From NCBI RefSeq assembly GCF_009914755.1, contig NC_060936.1: a stretch of DNA of 64,000 nt; one strand, given 5' to 3'. The stretch's first letter is position 1, and each line of letters starts with the position of its first letter. The stretch comes from the human T2T-CHM13v2.0 reference genome, Homo sapiens. Made by a program: the position numbers and the translations under genes. Shown here one piece after another: positions 45,100 to 59,547 of this stretch. Under the pieces are notes generated by a model, which was not told where the DNA came from, made no database searches, and worked only from the letters and a program-made list of their open reading frames with translations.

Positions 45100-46160
45100 A
45101 TTTTGATTTCCTGTTTCTATTTTCTTCTCTCAATACTCCTTGTTCTCATCTTCTGCGTCTACACCTTCTACTTGAACAACACCATCCATTTCTACAGCTT
45201 TAGGTTCACGTCTAAGTTGAAGATCCAGCCTAGACAGCCCCCTCTCAGTCACCACCAAGTAGACATCTTGATTTGGATGTCATTCTGCTACCTGAAGCTA
45301 AACATGACCAACACTGAACTCAGTACCTCCAACCCAGACCCAAAGTCTACTTTTCTTTGTATGTTTCTTACCTCAGAAAATAACCCTATCTTTCTGTCAG
45401 TGCCTACACCAGGAACCTGGGAGTGACCATTCTCCTTTAAGCCCTATAGACAATCACATTACAAGTTCTCTTAGTTCTACCTCCTGAGTAACTCACCCGT
45501 TAGCTGAGTCTTCTCATCTACACCTCCACCGTCAACTTCAGCGGGACTATTGCAACAATCTCCTAACAGTCCTGCTTGAGGCCACATTCCAAATGTTTCC
45601 CGCAGTGCTGCCAAAGTGATTTTTCTAAAGAATAAATCATGCAGTTTACTCATTTATTTATTCAGCAATTTTTTTGTTGAATACCTTCTGTGTGCCAGGT
45701 ACTATTCTAAGTAGCCAGAAATATACCAGTTAACAAAAGAGACAGAAAGGGCATCAAAGGACTTATGTTCTAGAGGAGAGATACTGACAGTAAACAAAAT
45801 GAGTATAAACACATGTGTGTGTATAGATGTGTGATGTGTGGGTGTGCATATGAATGGTAATAAAAGCTTACTGCCCTAATGCCTAATCTCACTAGTCCCC
45901 CATTCACCCACACCCTAGAATTCATCCCTATTGAGCTACTTTTACTTTCCCAAGCATGCCATGCCCCTATATTCAGGCCTGTGTACATTCTCCTCCTTCT
46001 ACTTAAAGTTCTCTTCCCACTGGCTTTTCACCAGGCTAACACCTACCCTCTCCCGGCCAGTTTTCCCTGATCCCCCCAGTTCTTATTTTGCTCTCCATCA
46101 TGAGGCTCCCAAAGCAACTAAACCTTCCCCAGAGAGTAGATAACACATACTCCGATTATG
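45100..46160 (+). mobile_element. L2 fragments (with an opposite-strand L2 3' end at ~45645-45800)
   Basis: 'acatcttgatttggatgtc...aacatgaccaacactgaactc' and 'actattgcaacaatctcctaac...gctgccaaagtgatttttctaaa'. Confidence 0.65.
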
Positions 46161-46171
46161 TGATAGGTATT

Positions 46172-46586
46172 TGTATGAGTTTGCTCTGGTTGCCATAACA
46201 AATTACCACAGACTGGTGGCTTAAACCACAGAAATTTATTTTCTCACAGTTCTGGATGCTATAAGCCTAAGATCAAGGGATTGGCAGGCAGGGGTGGTTT
46301 CCTCTGAGGCCTCTTTTCTTGGTGTGCAGATGAATGCCTTCTCAATATGTCCTCATATGGTCTTTCCTCTTTACACGGATGTTTCTGGTGTCTCTTTGTG
46401 TGTCCAAATTTCCTCTTCTCATGAGGATAACAGACCAAATTAGAGAATACCCTAAAGGCTTCATTTTTAACTTAAGCACCTCTTTAAAGACCCTGTCTTC
46501 AAATACAGTCACATTCTGAGGTACTGGGGGTTAGTTTAACATGAATTTTGGGAGCAGGGGCAGGGGGCACAAGTCAGTCCCTAATA
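46172..46586 (-). mobile_element. MLT1B-like MaLR solo LTR
   Basis: 'gttgccataacaaattaccacagactggtggcttaaaccacagaaatttattttctcacagttctgga...acagtcacattctgaggtactggggg'. Confidence 0.85.
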
Positions 46587-47006
46587 ATATTCTATAATCG
46601 ATTCATTACCAATCTTTTTTTTGCCTGTGGCCCTAAAAAACTCCCCATTCCCATATTATTTTGAAGAAAATGCAAGATATCATATCCTTCAATCAGTAAA
46701 TACTCCTTCAACATCTTTAGATAAAGAAAATATATTTTACTCTCTGGGACTAAAGAGATGAAATCTACTTAAGCTCTCTGATTACTCTCTAACACCTTTT
46801 CTGGTTTTAGGACATTTTCTAAAAAGATTCTGCCTTTTTGGAAAATATTTTCCCTCATAATAATCACTAACAAAACAAATGTTTTAAACCTTCAATATGG
46901 TAGATCTTCAGTTTACACTCCAAAGATGGAAAAGGAGGTATCTATGAGGGGGTTTTAGTTGAGGTTTAATTTTTCTACATGCTTCTTAGGCTACTGGAAA
47001 AGAAAC

Positions 47007-47008
<2 letters not shown>

Positions 47009-47044
<36 letters not shown>
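47009..47044. repeat. (TG)n microsatellite, ~18 units, perfect
   Basis: Uninterrupted TG run. Confidence 0.95.
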
Positions 47045-47046
<2 letters not shown>

Positions 47047-49011
47047 ATATTATTACTAAAATGGGACTAACGGATTTTCAAGGTTCATTTTGAGAATCCA
47101 CACAAGGCACTCCATGCATCATCAGTGAGACCTAAGAAGCCAGGCTATTTTCTCTTTTCATTATGGATGCCCTTTACCCATCTCCTCAACTCCTAACAGC
47201 TGTCATGGCAACATTCTCCTCTGTCAGATGAGAAAGCAGCAAGACTCATCCTCTTAATGCATGAATGAACCACAGAGGCTTCTGAATAACAGAATTCCCC
47301 AGAGTTTGGATGACACTATTGCAAAATGCAGTTTTGCAGTTTCTGCCAGACAGTCTGCTTTCAAAGTAATGCCTTCTCCATACTGACACTTCATACTGTG
47401 ATGACAAAATGAGGAGGAGATGAAAGAGATGGTTCTTCTTTACTTTCCATTTGTGACTCTATGTATTTTGTCCTTAAATAGCAGGTTGTAAAAAGACAAT
47501 GAATAACATGGGTGCTGAAGAATATATGGACTATATAAGATTCTAACAACTAAAGGACACTGTTGTTCTTGCATATATTTATAAGGAGAAATCAAAGAAT
47601 TGCTGTATTCCAGAAATAAACTGAGTAGCATGAATACCAAAAGTTTTATTCAGCAGAAATTATTGAAACTGGAAAAAATGGTTCGGCTAATAATTCTACA
47701 AATGAACACATGAGTAGGTATACTTACATTGATTTTTCTAAAATAAAATGTATTTCAGCAGTTTTAGATTTATAGAAAAATTACAAAAATTGCAAAAATT
47801 ACAAATATTACAGTTTCACCTATTTGTTTCATCGCTCCACTTATATCAACCCAGAGAGTTTCCCCTATTACTACACATTCTAAGTGCACATTTGCTACAA
47901 CTAAAGGACCAATATTGATACATCATTATTAACTAAAGTCCATACTTTATTCAATTGTCTTCATTTTACCTAATATTATTTTCTGTTCTAGGACCCCATC
48001 CAAGAAAACATATTTCATTAGCTGTCATGTTTCCTTACGGTCCTCTTGGCTCTAACAATTTCTGAGATTTCCGTTGGTTTTAATGACCTTAACAGATTTG
48101 AGGAGTATTTATCTTTGTAAAATGCCATCAATTAAAATTTGTCTGACGTTTTTCTCATTATGAGACTGGAGTTATGTATTTTGGGAAGGAAGACCACAGA
48201 GGTGAAGTGTTATCTTTATCACATCATACATAATAGCAATAGTGCTTATCACTGCTGATGTCTTGATTATCTGGCTGTGAGTAACTACCATAAAGTCGCT
48301 TCCTTGCCCTTTCCACACTATACTCTGAAACAAAGTCACTATGCATAACCTACACTTTAAGGAGTGGAAAATTACCACTTTCTTGAGAGTGAAGTATCTG
48401 CATCAATTGTTTGGAATTCTGTAGGAGATACTGCTTCTTCTCCTCCATTTATTTATTTTTTGTATAGATACACCACAATTTGTTTATTCATTTACCTATT
48501 GAAAGATATTTTTGTTGTTTCATTGTTTCTTCTTTTCTAATGTAAGCATTTAGTGGTATCAGTTGTTCTCTAAGCATTGCTTTCCTTGCATCCCACAATT
48601 TTTTGTGTTTGTTTTTGTTTTATTTTGCTTTTAATTGACAAATAATAACTGTACACATTTATGTGGTACAGTGTGATGTTTTGATACATGTATACATTGT
48701 GTAACAATAAAACCAGGGTAATTAGCATATCTATCACCTCAAATATGTGTCATTTCTTTCTAGCTACTTCAAAATATATGCAACATGTTATTGTTAACTC
48801 TAGTCACCATACTATGCAATAGAACATTAGAACTTATTTTAGGTGAAGTTTTAAATACTAAAATTATTTTACGAAAATAAGCACAGCCATTTAAGTATGT
48901 TATTCACAGTTGTACTGCTACTGCTAGTATATGGCAAGACAGGAGTTAAACTCACAATTTTTTATAAGTTATATTTTAAATTTTATTTTATTCAAAAAAT
49001 TTTTCAAGTGC

Positions 49012-49103
49012 CTGGGTCTCACTATGTTGTTCAGGCTAGACTCAAACTCCTGGGCTCAAGAAATCCTCCTGCCTCAGCCTCCCAAGTAGCTGAGACTACA
49101 GGC
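49012..49103 (-). mobile_element. AluJ/FLAM fragment
   Basis: 'gggtctcactatgttgttcaggctagactcaaactcctgggctcaag...gtagctgagactacaggc'. Confidence 0.8.
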
Positions 49104-50847
49104 TATTCAAAATACTCTTAAATTTATCTTGTGACCTCTTCAGTCATGTGTTATTGTGAAGGGTGCTGTTTAATCTGTAAATATTTTGGCATTTTCCAAA
49201 TATCTTTCTGTTATTGACTTATAGTTTAATTTCACTGCAGTCTGAGTACATACTTTGTATAATTTCTATTCTTTAAAATTTGTTAAGGTATGTTTTATGG
49301 CCCAGGATGTGATCTATCTTGGTAAATTTCCATGCAAGCTTGAAAATGTGGATTCTGCTATTGTTGGATGGAGTGTTTTATACATGTCAATTAGATCAAG
49401 CTGACTGATAATGCTATTCAAGTCAACTACGTCCTTACTGATTTTCTGCTGGCTTGATCTATCAACTAGTGAAAGAGGGGTGTTGAAGTCCACAGCTACA
49501 ATAGTCAATTTGTTATTTTGAAATTGTGCCTCTTTGCAAGTTCATCAGTTTTTGCCTCATGTATTCTGATTCTCTGTTGTTTGGTGCATATGTTTTTATG
49601 ATTATGTCTTCCTGGAGAACTGATACTTTTATCAGTCTTAATGTCCCTATTTATCCCTGATAATTTCCCTTGTACTGAAGTCTGCTTTGTCTAAAATTAA
49701 GATAGTGACTCCAGCTTTCTTTTGATTGGTGTTAACATACTGTATAATTCTCCATCCCTTTACTCTTAACTTGATGCTTTATATTTAAAGTGGGCTTCTT
49801 GTAGACAATAAGGATTTGCCTACGACTCTAGGTTTCCTATGTTTTATATATTTTTTTCTTATTTTGTTTTCTCTTGCTTTAATTCTCCCCTCTTGTTCTT
49901 CTTTCTCCCGTTTTAATTGAGCGTTTTATATAACATGTTATCTACTCTCTGAGCATCTCAATTATATTTCTTTTAACTTTTTTAGTGGTGGTTCTAGAGT
50001 TTGCAATATGCATTTTAAACTAATCTAAGTTCAGTTTCAACTAATACTATGCCATTTCATGTGTAGTTCAGATAACTTAAAGTATTTCCAATTCCTCCCT
50101 CCAATCTCTTATGACATTGTTGTCATTCATTTCACTTAACCATATGCTATAATTATCTAATACACTGTTACAATTATTAGTTTAAACAAAGTTTTCTTTT
50201 AGCTCAATTAATGAGAAAAGCAAAAGATTTTACTTTACCTTAATTTATTCCTTCTCTGATGTTCTTTCCTTAATGTTTATCTAAGTTGCTGAACTATCAT
50301 TATTCTTTTCTCTGAAGAACTTCTTTTAACATTTTATAAAGAATAGGTATGCTGTGCTAATAATAAATCCCCTCGGTTTTGCTTATGTGAGAAAGTCTTT
50401 ATTTCTCCTTCACATGTGAAGGATAATTTTTATGGATTTAGAATTCAAAGTTGGTGAGGGTTTATTTTTCTTTCAACTCTTTAAGTATTTTTCTTCACTT
50501 GCATAGTTTATGATGAGAAGTCCACTGTAATTCTTATTCTTGTTTCTCTATAGATATGGTGATCCCCACAACCCCAGGGCTTCTTTCAAGATTTTTTCAC
50601 ATTCCGAAGTTGAATGTCATATATCTAAGTATAGACTTTGTGGAATTTATTCTACTTTGTGTTCTCTGAGCTTCCTGGATCTGAATTTAGGTTAGATGTC
50701 TGTCATTAATTTTGGAAAATTATCAGTCATTATTACTTCAAATATTTCTCTTGTTCCATTCTTATTTCTCCTTCTGATCTTCCAATTACCTGTATATGTA
50801 TGTTTCACCTTTTGAAATTGTGCCAAAGTTCTGAGTTCTTGCATCTT

Positions 50848-51328
<481 letters not shown>

Positions 51329-51538
51329 TGATCTTTTCTTAGCTCTTTCATCGCTCCACTTACATCACCCCTCTGTTCTTGCATGTTATCTACTTTTTCT
51401 ATTAGAGCCCTTAACATATGAATCATAGCTACCAAAATTCCCTGTGTGATAATTCCAAAATCTGCGTCACATCTGAGTCTGGTTCTGACGCTTGCTTTGT
51501 ATCTACAGGCTGTTTTTCCTTGCCTGTTAGCATGCTTT

Positions 51539-51826
51539 GTTGAGACAGGGTCTTACTTACTCTGTTGCCCAAGATGGAATGCAATGATGTGATCACAGCT
51601 TACTGCAGTCTTGACCTCCTGGGCTCAAGTGATCCTCCCACCTCAGCCTCCTAAGTAGCTGGGACTACAGCCATGCACCACCATGCCAGGCTAATCTTCT
51701 TATTTTTTGTATAGATGGGGTTTTACCATGTTGCCCAGGATGCTCTTGAACTTCTAGCCTCAAGTCATCTGTCCACCTTGGCTTCCCAAAGTGCTAGAAT
51801 TATAGGCATGAGCCATGCGCCCAGCC
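51539..51826 (-). mobile_element. AluJ
   Basis: 'gtcttgacctcctgggctcaagtgatcctcccacc'; almost no tail. Confidence 0.88.
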
Positions 51827-52914
51827 TCATCTGTGTAATTTTCTGTTGAAAGCTAGACATGATGTATCAGATAACAGGAAATGAGGCAAAAAGGACTTCA
51901 GCTTGAGGCTTATCTGTCTAAGATTGGGTTGTATATAATGTTTGCTATAAATGTGGTTGTCAGAGGTTTCAAAGTCCTCTAGTGTCTTTTTTTTTTTTTT
52001 TTCATCTCTCCTGTTGTCTTTGGACTTTCCTGAGACCCCCTCTCCTTGGCCAGCCGGTGTCTGCATCTTGCAGCTCTTTCAGCTGTAATCCACTGTTATT
52101 ATAAGGAGCCCTGTTGCTGTGGTGGTAAGGAGTGGGGAAGGGAAGCATTCCATTTTCTTAGGATTACATCTCAATCTTTTGGTGGGCCTATGTTGCTGTA
52201 CTGTGACCTTTACAAATGTTTCTTAACCTTTTTCCTCCTTCCTTAGTTGACACAGGAATCTAGAGGTGCCTCGAGTCAGAGAACTATCTTCTCCCCAGAT
52301 GGGATAAGACTCTGGTAAAGCCCTTTTCCTTGGAGAGTAAGTCTTTATCATAGAGAACATTCTGAGCGCACTTCAAAGTCATTACTTTCCCCTTCCCTTT
52401 GCCAGAGCCAGGACAGGGTCTATCTTGGCTCTTTGCTGTGAAAACCTGACGGGTTTCCGGGAGGTAAAATCCATGTACGTGTGAGACCCTTTCTCAGACT
52501 CCTGCGCCTAGGAGTTCCACTCTCAAGCTAGTCAACACTTAGCCTCCAGCAATTCATCAAAATTACTATTTAAATGGCCCTTCTAGTCTATGGTTCCAGT
52601 TGCTTCTGCTGTAGGTAAGCAAATCTTAGCTGTGACTGTCTGAATGTACCTATTTCTTCAGATTTTGGGGTGGCAAGTGATTTGCCCTGAGACTGCTGAT
52701 AGTTCCAGGAAAACTTACCAAGTTTTACTTGCTCAGGTTTGGAAGGGAGTGAGGACTCCCAAGCACTTTACATGCTGGAGTGCCTTACTTTGTTTTTTTC
52801 ATATTCCTATTTTCAATACTTACTTTATAGAAACAGAAATGTTTGCTTAGAAAAGTATTTATTGAGAATTCATGGCAAACTTAAGGAGAATAATAGCATG
52901 CTTGGGAAGAGAAA

Positions 52915-53470
52915 AATTGATTCACTCATTCAATAAATATTTGTTGAGCACCTATTATGGTGCTAAGACACTTGCTGGATAGCAACTGGATAGTAAGGTA
53001 TGGCGAAAAAGACAGCTATAGTGCCTGCCCTTGAGGAACTTATATTCTAGTGAGGGAGACAGAAAAAGGATATATGCATGAAAATAGTAATCACAGTCTT
53101 TAAGAAGCTCATCAAAGGGATAAGACAAAATATAATCATCACAGAGAGTATAAATGTCTGAGTGCATTGTAACAAGGTAGTTTAGCAAAGAGAAGAGATG
53201 GTATGGGTTTGAATATTCTGAGACCTGAGGAGAAGTTAGAAAATAAGTAGAATTAAGTTTGTGAAGAAATGTCACTTTGATAAAGGGCAAAGCAATAGCA
53301 AAGACGCAGAGGCAGGAATCAGAATAACGTATTTCAATATAGCCAGTTCAGCTTGGCTGCAGTGTAGTTTTCACTGCAGAAGAGTGGGAGAGAATAAGTG
53401 GAAAAGCTGGTGAATGCCAGAAGCGGAAATGTGTTGCTCAACAAGAACCGCGAGGACCTTGTTGTTAAAA
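52915..53470 (-). mobile_element. L2 3' end
   Basis: 'attcactcattcaataaatatttgttgagcacctattatgg...cctgcccttgaggaacttatattctagtg'. Confidence 0.8.
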
Positions 53471-53659
53471 CATTAGCCAATGGGTGGAATGGGAAAAGTA
53501 CTAAGCTAGGATTCATGAGGACAGCTAGCATTTGCCATTAACCAGTTGTGGGTCTTTGGGCAAAACTGTCTGACTCTGAGTCTGTGTCTTCATCTGCAGT
53601 AAAAGAAACATTGAATTGCTGAGTCTTCTTCCCACTTAAACACCCTAAGGTTCTGGGTA

Positions 53660-54200
53660 GGAAACTCTTCTACATCACTCCAAAAAGTAGGAATCTAGTC
53701 TCTGTCTGAGTACTTCAAATGACAGAAAGCTTACTATTCTTTGAGGCAGCCAGTTCAACAGCACTGGCACTGAACAGTTAAAATTAATAGAACAGTTTTG
53801 TTAGAAATGAGCTGAAATCTGCCTTGCCATAATTCACTCTGTTGAAAGTTCAAAACTTCAGAGCAGCTCTGCCCAACAGAACTTCTTACAAAGATATAAC
53901 AGTCCAATTCAGCAGCCATGTGACCACTGAGCACTTGAAATGTGCCTACTATGAGTGGAAAGCTGAATTTTTTATTTTATTTAATTTTCATTTAAATAGT
54001 CACATGTGACCAGTGGCTACAGTGGTGGACCACCTAGCTCTAAAACAACCCCAAATAAACTTCTTCCTTCCACATAACAGCTCTTCAGATATGTGTGACA
54101 GTTCATTAACGACCTGTCCTCAAGCTTTTCTTTTTCTAGCTCATCACAGTGAAATGCTCTAACTATTGTTCATATGGTATATTTTGCAGCCCCATGCTCT
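53660..54200 (-). mobile_element. L3/CR1 relic split by MER3
   Basis: 'tacttcaaatgacagaaagcttactattctttgaggcagccagttc...tgagctgaaatctgcct' resuming as 'ttccacataacagctcttcagatat'. Confidence 0.6.
53866..54038. mobile_element. MER3 hAT MITE
   Basis: 'ctgcccaacagaacttc...cactgagcacttgaaatgtg...atttaaatagtcacatgtgaccagtggctac'. Confidence 0.8.
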
Positions 54201-55340
54201 TACTAATGCATTCTAATTCATGCACACTCAGCTAAGGTCCAAAGATGCTTTCCAGAAACCATGAAACCCCTAAACTTACATGCAAATCTGTTGTGTATTT
54301 GCACATTATTTAGAGGAGAGCTTTTAGGGCCGCCTTCACATTCTCAAAGGAACTCCTGGCCCCCAAACAGGGTCCGGGGTGAAAAGAGAAGATGAAAGAA
54401 AAATGGGATACAATGGCAGTATTAATGATAGCCCTGAAATGTAACATAACAAATGAGAGGCTGAGATGAAAGCAGACCTTAGGAACCCTAGTGCCTAGGC
54501 TTGTTTCTATTTCAACACCACCTGTGTATTTTCACACAAGAGTTGCTTCAATGTCTTTTTAAAACACAGCCACCATTTTTTTCTATAAACACAGTAACAT
54601 GTAATTTTTATAAATCTATATGTCATGTAAAACTGTTATTTTTTCAGTAGAACCATTGTTGAAAAGTATTTTTTAAATATTAAAAACACTCCTTAATACA
54701 AACAAAAAAACCCACATTATGTAGGTTATTCAGGGGTTTGGGGTAGGTTTTTTTCTTTAACTTTTTTCTCTTTTGACAGGAAAATGGTTATTTTTTCCCT
54801 TTTTTCCTTTTTCATTCTTTTTTTTTTTTTTTTGAAGGAAAATGTACTTCAAAACCCCTCTTTCAGCCTGTTAAAACCATTTGTAATTCCCCTGGTTCAG
54901 ATCCTACCGCCTCCATATAGGAGAGTGTATTTTGAAAAGATCTTTGAATTCTGAATAAATTCATCTTACTAAATCAAAAGACCTATGTATATCAAAAAAT
55001 CTGACCTCTATTGGCTTAAATCAAAGCATCACAACTCTGCCAGTATTTATCCTATTTTTAAAGAACTCTAGGAAAGATAATTCTGTTACCTCAAATGGTA
55101 ATTCATTCCAATGCCATCCAGTAAAAGACCACATATAACATGACCCTAAAGTAATTTTGTAGGTACCATATTGCCTTTACCAAGAGTACATATCAGGTAC
55201 AAGTGCATCAGCTATGTGATGGTTGTAGCTTCTCTTTACTACCATCCTAATGTAATCCAGGCATTAAAATTATATAAGAAGACCCTTCAGCATATTGAAT
55301 ATTGAACTCTAGAGTTTTCCTAGAATACACAGTTAGAAGG

Positions 55341-55694
<354 letters not shown>

Positions 55695-56244
55695 TGATCC
55701 ATCTAAAATCTCAACCCCCACTCCATACACATACATATTTCTTACCTCCTTGCTTGCTATCTTGTTTCTCCTTAGTACTTATAACCATCCAACATGCGAT
55801 AACAGACTTATTTATCTTATTTGTTAACTTATTTATTGAGTATCTTGTCCAACTAGAATATAAGCTTCATGAAGGCAGGAATTTCAACATCTAGAACACT
55901 GCCTAGCATTCACTATGTAGTTGTTGTATAAACTGCATAAATCCATATAAAAGTTGAAGTGAAAAGATGAAGTAAAAATGAACATAATTTTGACATTGTC
56001 TAAACTAAAATTCCCATTTAAACACAGATATTGTTCTCTGGAATTTTTAAATATGATATAAAAATAAAACGCTCATTATAAAAAGTCAAAATGAAGTTCT
56101 TAGCAAGGTGTCTGGTGTACAGTAAGCGTTCAACAAATGTTTGCTATTATTGATTTTTACTGCACATTTTCCTTATGATAAATTCTTAGAAGTATCCAGG
56201 TCATAGACAGAGGCACATATATTAAGTGCCTAATTAAGTGTAAT

Positions 56245-57546
56245 TTTCAGGGTCCCTCATTTCCTAAAGCTTCTTCCAAGACGTAAAAGGGATCCTCGAA
56301 ATGTGTTCAATGGCTCTGCTTTTGTAAAATTTGTAAAAATAAAATATTTCAACTGGATCTGTTATGACTGCTGTTGCCATCCACTGCAATTTTCCTCTCA
56401 TCAAACATTCCTTTAAATTGACTGCACTGAAGGAGACATGGACATTTTTGGAATCTGGGGGGTCAAACTGACTTTGGAATTATACTTTATTTTGGTTTAG
56501 TGGCTTTTTTATATGGATTTGGGGTCACCTCCAGGGATAGGTATTGATAGCTGTTCCAGACTAGAAAAAAAGGCAGGAATATTCCTACTGCCCCTCATTC
56601 CATCTCACCCTGCAAGGTCAGAGGTCACATCACAATGAAAACACCTCTTGCCAAGCCTGGCACCAGAAATATATGAGTAGTGAAGGAGAAACAGCATGTA
56701 AAATGTATAGAGCCACAAGCTAGTCTGTAGAAAATTCTTCCAATCATCAGGTATCTAAAATTGTAAACAAAGGATTCAGTTTCCATCAGTGGCTAGACTA
56801 AACGAAGGCTCTCTCCTGTCAGAAACATATTCAATAATGCAGTATATGCAATTACAAATGCAACAAACCTGTGGCAGTGCTACAAATAGCAAATTTGTGT
56901 GCGTGAGAATTTTCAGGTTTTATGCAACTATTAACAATAAAAAATAGATTTCCACCTACCATGATAGAGGACTTATCTTTCCTGTCTTTTTGTAGAAAAT
57001 AGTACAAAACCATCGTCACATGAAAAGGCAATCAAAGAGTAACCAAAATAATATAATAAATAAAATAGAGGAGTGTCAGAAAGTCAATTACTAAAAAATG
57101 TTAAAAACATAATACATGCATTCTGTTCAAGGGCAAAATACAGAGACCAGTTAGGAGAGTGTTCCCATGATCCAAGAGAGACACGATGGAGGTTTGGACC
57201 AAGGCACTAGCAGCAGAGGTGACAAGAAGTTGCAAATGTGTTTTGGTCTGTAGTAGTCAATGGACACAGATGAATGATACATTCTGAGGCAGTCAGAGCA
57301 CAGCTGTTAAGAGCCATGCCCTGGAGCCAGACTGATTCCCAAGTTTGCCTCATAGAGATGGATTTTGTGATGTTTATGGTATTTACCAATTTCATAAAAA
57401 TTTGTTGTGATTTTTTCTCATTCGAACTAAATATTTAATGTCATACCTAAATTTGTATTTATAACTTTGGGATCCTTTTTTAAAAGAACTCTCTCCCTTC
57501 CCCAGTTGCATAGGCTTGGGCTCCACAAACCCTGTATCTGCCTTTG
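56245..57546 (+). mobile_element. hAT-Tip100 DNA transposon relic (Zaphod/MER115-like)
   Basis: Decayed hAT C-terminal motif 'ataaaaaatagatttccacctaccatg' (IKNRxxxTM); terminus 'ggctccacaaaccctgtatctgcctttg'; appears to sit within L1ME pieces. Confidence 0.5.
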
Positions 57547-57559
57547 GTCACAGATTATG

Positions 57560-57840
57560 TAGATTTTAAATTTTGATATGCATCGCTTAATTTCCCATTG
57601 GAAAGATTATGCCCATTGCCACTCCTGATTTCCTTAAAACTTAACCAACATTGGCTATTATCAGTTTTTCTCAATTTGGCCAATTTGATAGGTGAAATTT
57701 TAATTTGTGATCCTTTGATTACCAGTGATACTGAACATATTTTCATGTATGTATTGGTGATTTATATATCGCTCCTCACAGACTGTCCAATCCAGTCCTT
57801 TGTCATTTTTCTGTTAGAAAGCTGGTCTTTATTATTTGGC
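57560..57840 (-). mobile_element. L1ME-type fragment
   Basis: 'ccaacattggctattatcag...gccaatttgataggtgaaa...gattaccagtgatactgaacatattttcatgtat'. Confidence 0.65.
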
Positions 57841-58640
57841 TGGCATACAAACAAATGCAAAATGTATCAAATATTGTTACTGTTACTGTGTGTGTATTTA
57901 CACCACTTATCTTGTACATATATTTTCATTTGAACATTTCACCTCCAAATGCCTTGTTTCTCCAACTAAAGGGTAGGTTCATGCATGACAAGAAATGTGA
58001 CATGTATATCATATCATATCATATCACCTGGCAAAGAACAAAAGTATTTTAAATGAGTGATATTTAAAGCAAAATCTACACTCCTTATGCTACTACCACT
58101 ACCACTACTTTTACAGTGTGAACAGCTGAGTCCATTCAACCAACAATTGAAGCTAAATACAAAGGTTGAGTAAGTATGATGTGTCTGGCCAAAAGAGTAT
58201 TTCATCATCTTGCTTCTGAATGACTATCTGAAGACTTCTGCCTTCTAATGTCATTATTTCTACTTATCTCTACTCTTCCAAACTCTTCTTTACTGCCTTA
58301 ATATTCTCTGTCTCTCTTTTTTGTCCAATCCTCAGATTCCTAAAACTCACATACACACATCCAAGTTTATAAACTGCCAAGCTAATGAGAAATTTGAGAA
58401 ACAAATTCTATGTTCTGAACTGAATATAAATTGTAGCTAATTCTGGTCCCCGCTGAGGCCTTTGAACACACTTATATGATTGAAAATACAATTTCGGAAA
58501 CAGAAGCAGGTTGCTAATTACAAGGAACATCAATGGATAGCTCCCAGAGAAAGATTCATCAATTTTGGTGTAATTATGAAAGTATATATATAAACATTAG
58601 CATTCCCAAATCTGCCATGATTAAGATTAGGTCAAACTTT

Positions 58641-58726
58641 TTTTTTTTTTGTCAAATCATTTTCTGCATTTCTTTTTTTTCTTTTTTTTTATTATTATTA
58701 TACTTTAAGTTTTAGGGTACAGGTGC
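58641..58726 (-). mobile_element. Ultra-truncated young L1PA insertion with probable 3' transduction
   Basis: L1 terminus 'attattatactttaagttttagggtaca', two poly-T tracts, and 12-bp TSD aggtcaaacttt at 58629-58640 and 58727-58738. Confidence 0.85.
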
Positions 58727-58844
58727 AGGTCAAACTTTCAAAAAGACACATCATAAGCTCTAGAACTGACTATAAATTTACATTTCTTTAGGATAAAATT
58801 TTTCTAAAGAATGCACATTAAGTTCTATAACATAACTCTTTAAC

Positions 58845-59160
58845 TTCTTTTAAAATGTAACATAAAGGTTACAGAAAAGTGTACAAATGATTAGGTGAAG
58901 AGTATGATGAACACAAAATGAACACACTCAAGTTATCAGTCCCTAGATTAGGAACTGGCACACTACCAGAAGCTGGCAGACTCCATGGTGCCCCTTCTCA
59001 GTGTTTACCTCTCCCTGAGGTACACCACAATTCTGACTTTCAACACCATAGATTAGTTTTGCCCATTTTTAAGTTTATATAAATGGGAATCAAACAATAC
59101 ATACTTTTTTGTATCTGGCTTGTTTTTCTCATTGTTATGTTGTTGCACGTAAGAATAATA
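58845..59160 (-). mobile_element. L1ME3-like 3' end
   Basis: 'acagaaaagtgtacaaat...ttctgactttcaacaccatagattagttttgcc...tatataaatgggaatc'. Confidence 0.7.
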
Positions 59161-59244
59161 GCCAATGTAAGATATAACACCCAAGTTTTATGTCACTAAA
59201 GAATGTCTTCTTTTTATTACTATAGTCAGTTCTAGAGCTGAGCA

Positions 59245-59547
59245 TTTTTTTTTTTTTTTTTTGGCTCTTGCTCTTTCATCCAGTTTGGAGTACAGTGGCA
59301 CAATCATACCTCTCTACAGCCTTGAACTCCTAGGCTCAGGTGATCCTCCCACCCCAGCCTCCCAAGTGGCTAAGACTACACGTGCACACTACCATAACTG
59401 GCTAAGTTTTTTTTTATTTTTATTTTTTGTAGAGATGGAGTCTCACTATGTTGCCCAGAGTGGTCTCAAACTCTTGAGCTCAAGCAAAGCTCCCACCTTG
59501 ACCTTCCAAAGTGCTTGGATTACAGATCTGAACCACGACACCTGGCC
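59245..59547 (-). mobile_element. AluJ
   Basis: J-type reverse dimer with poly-T. Confidence 0.88.
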
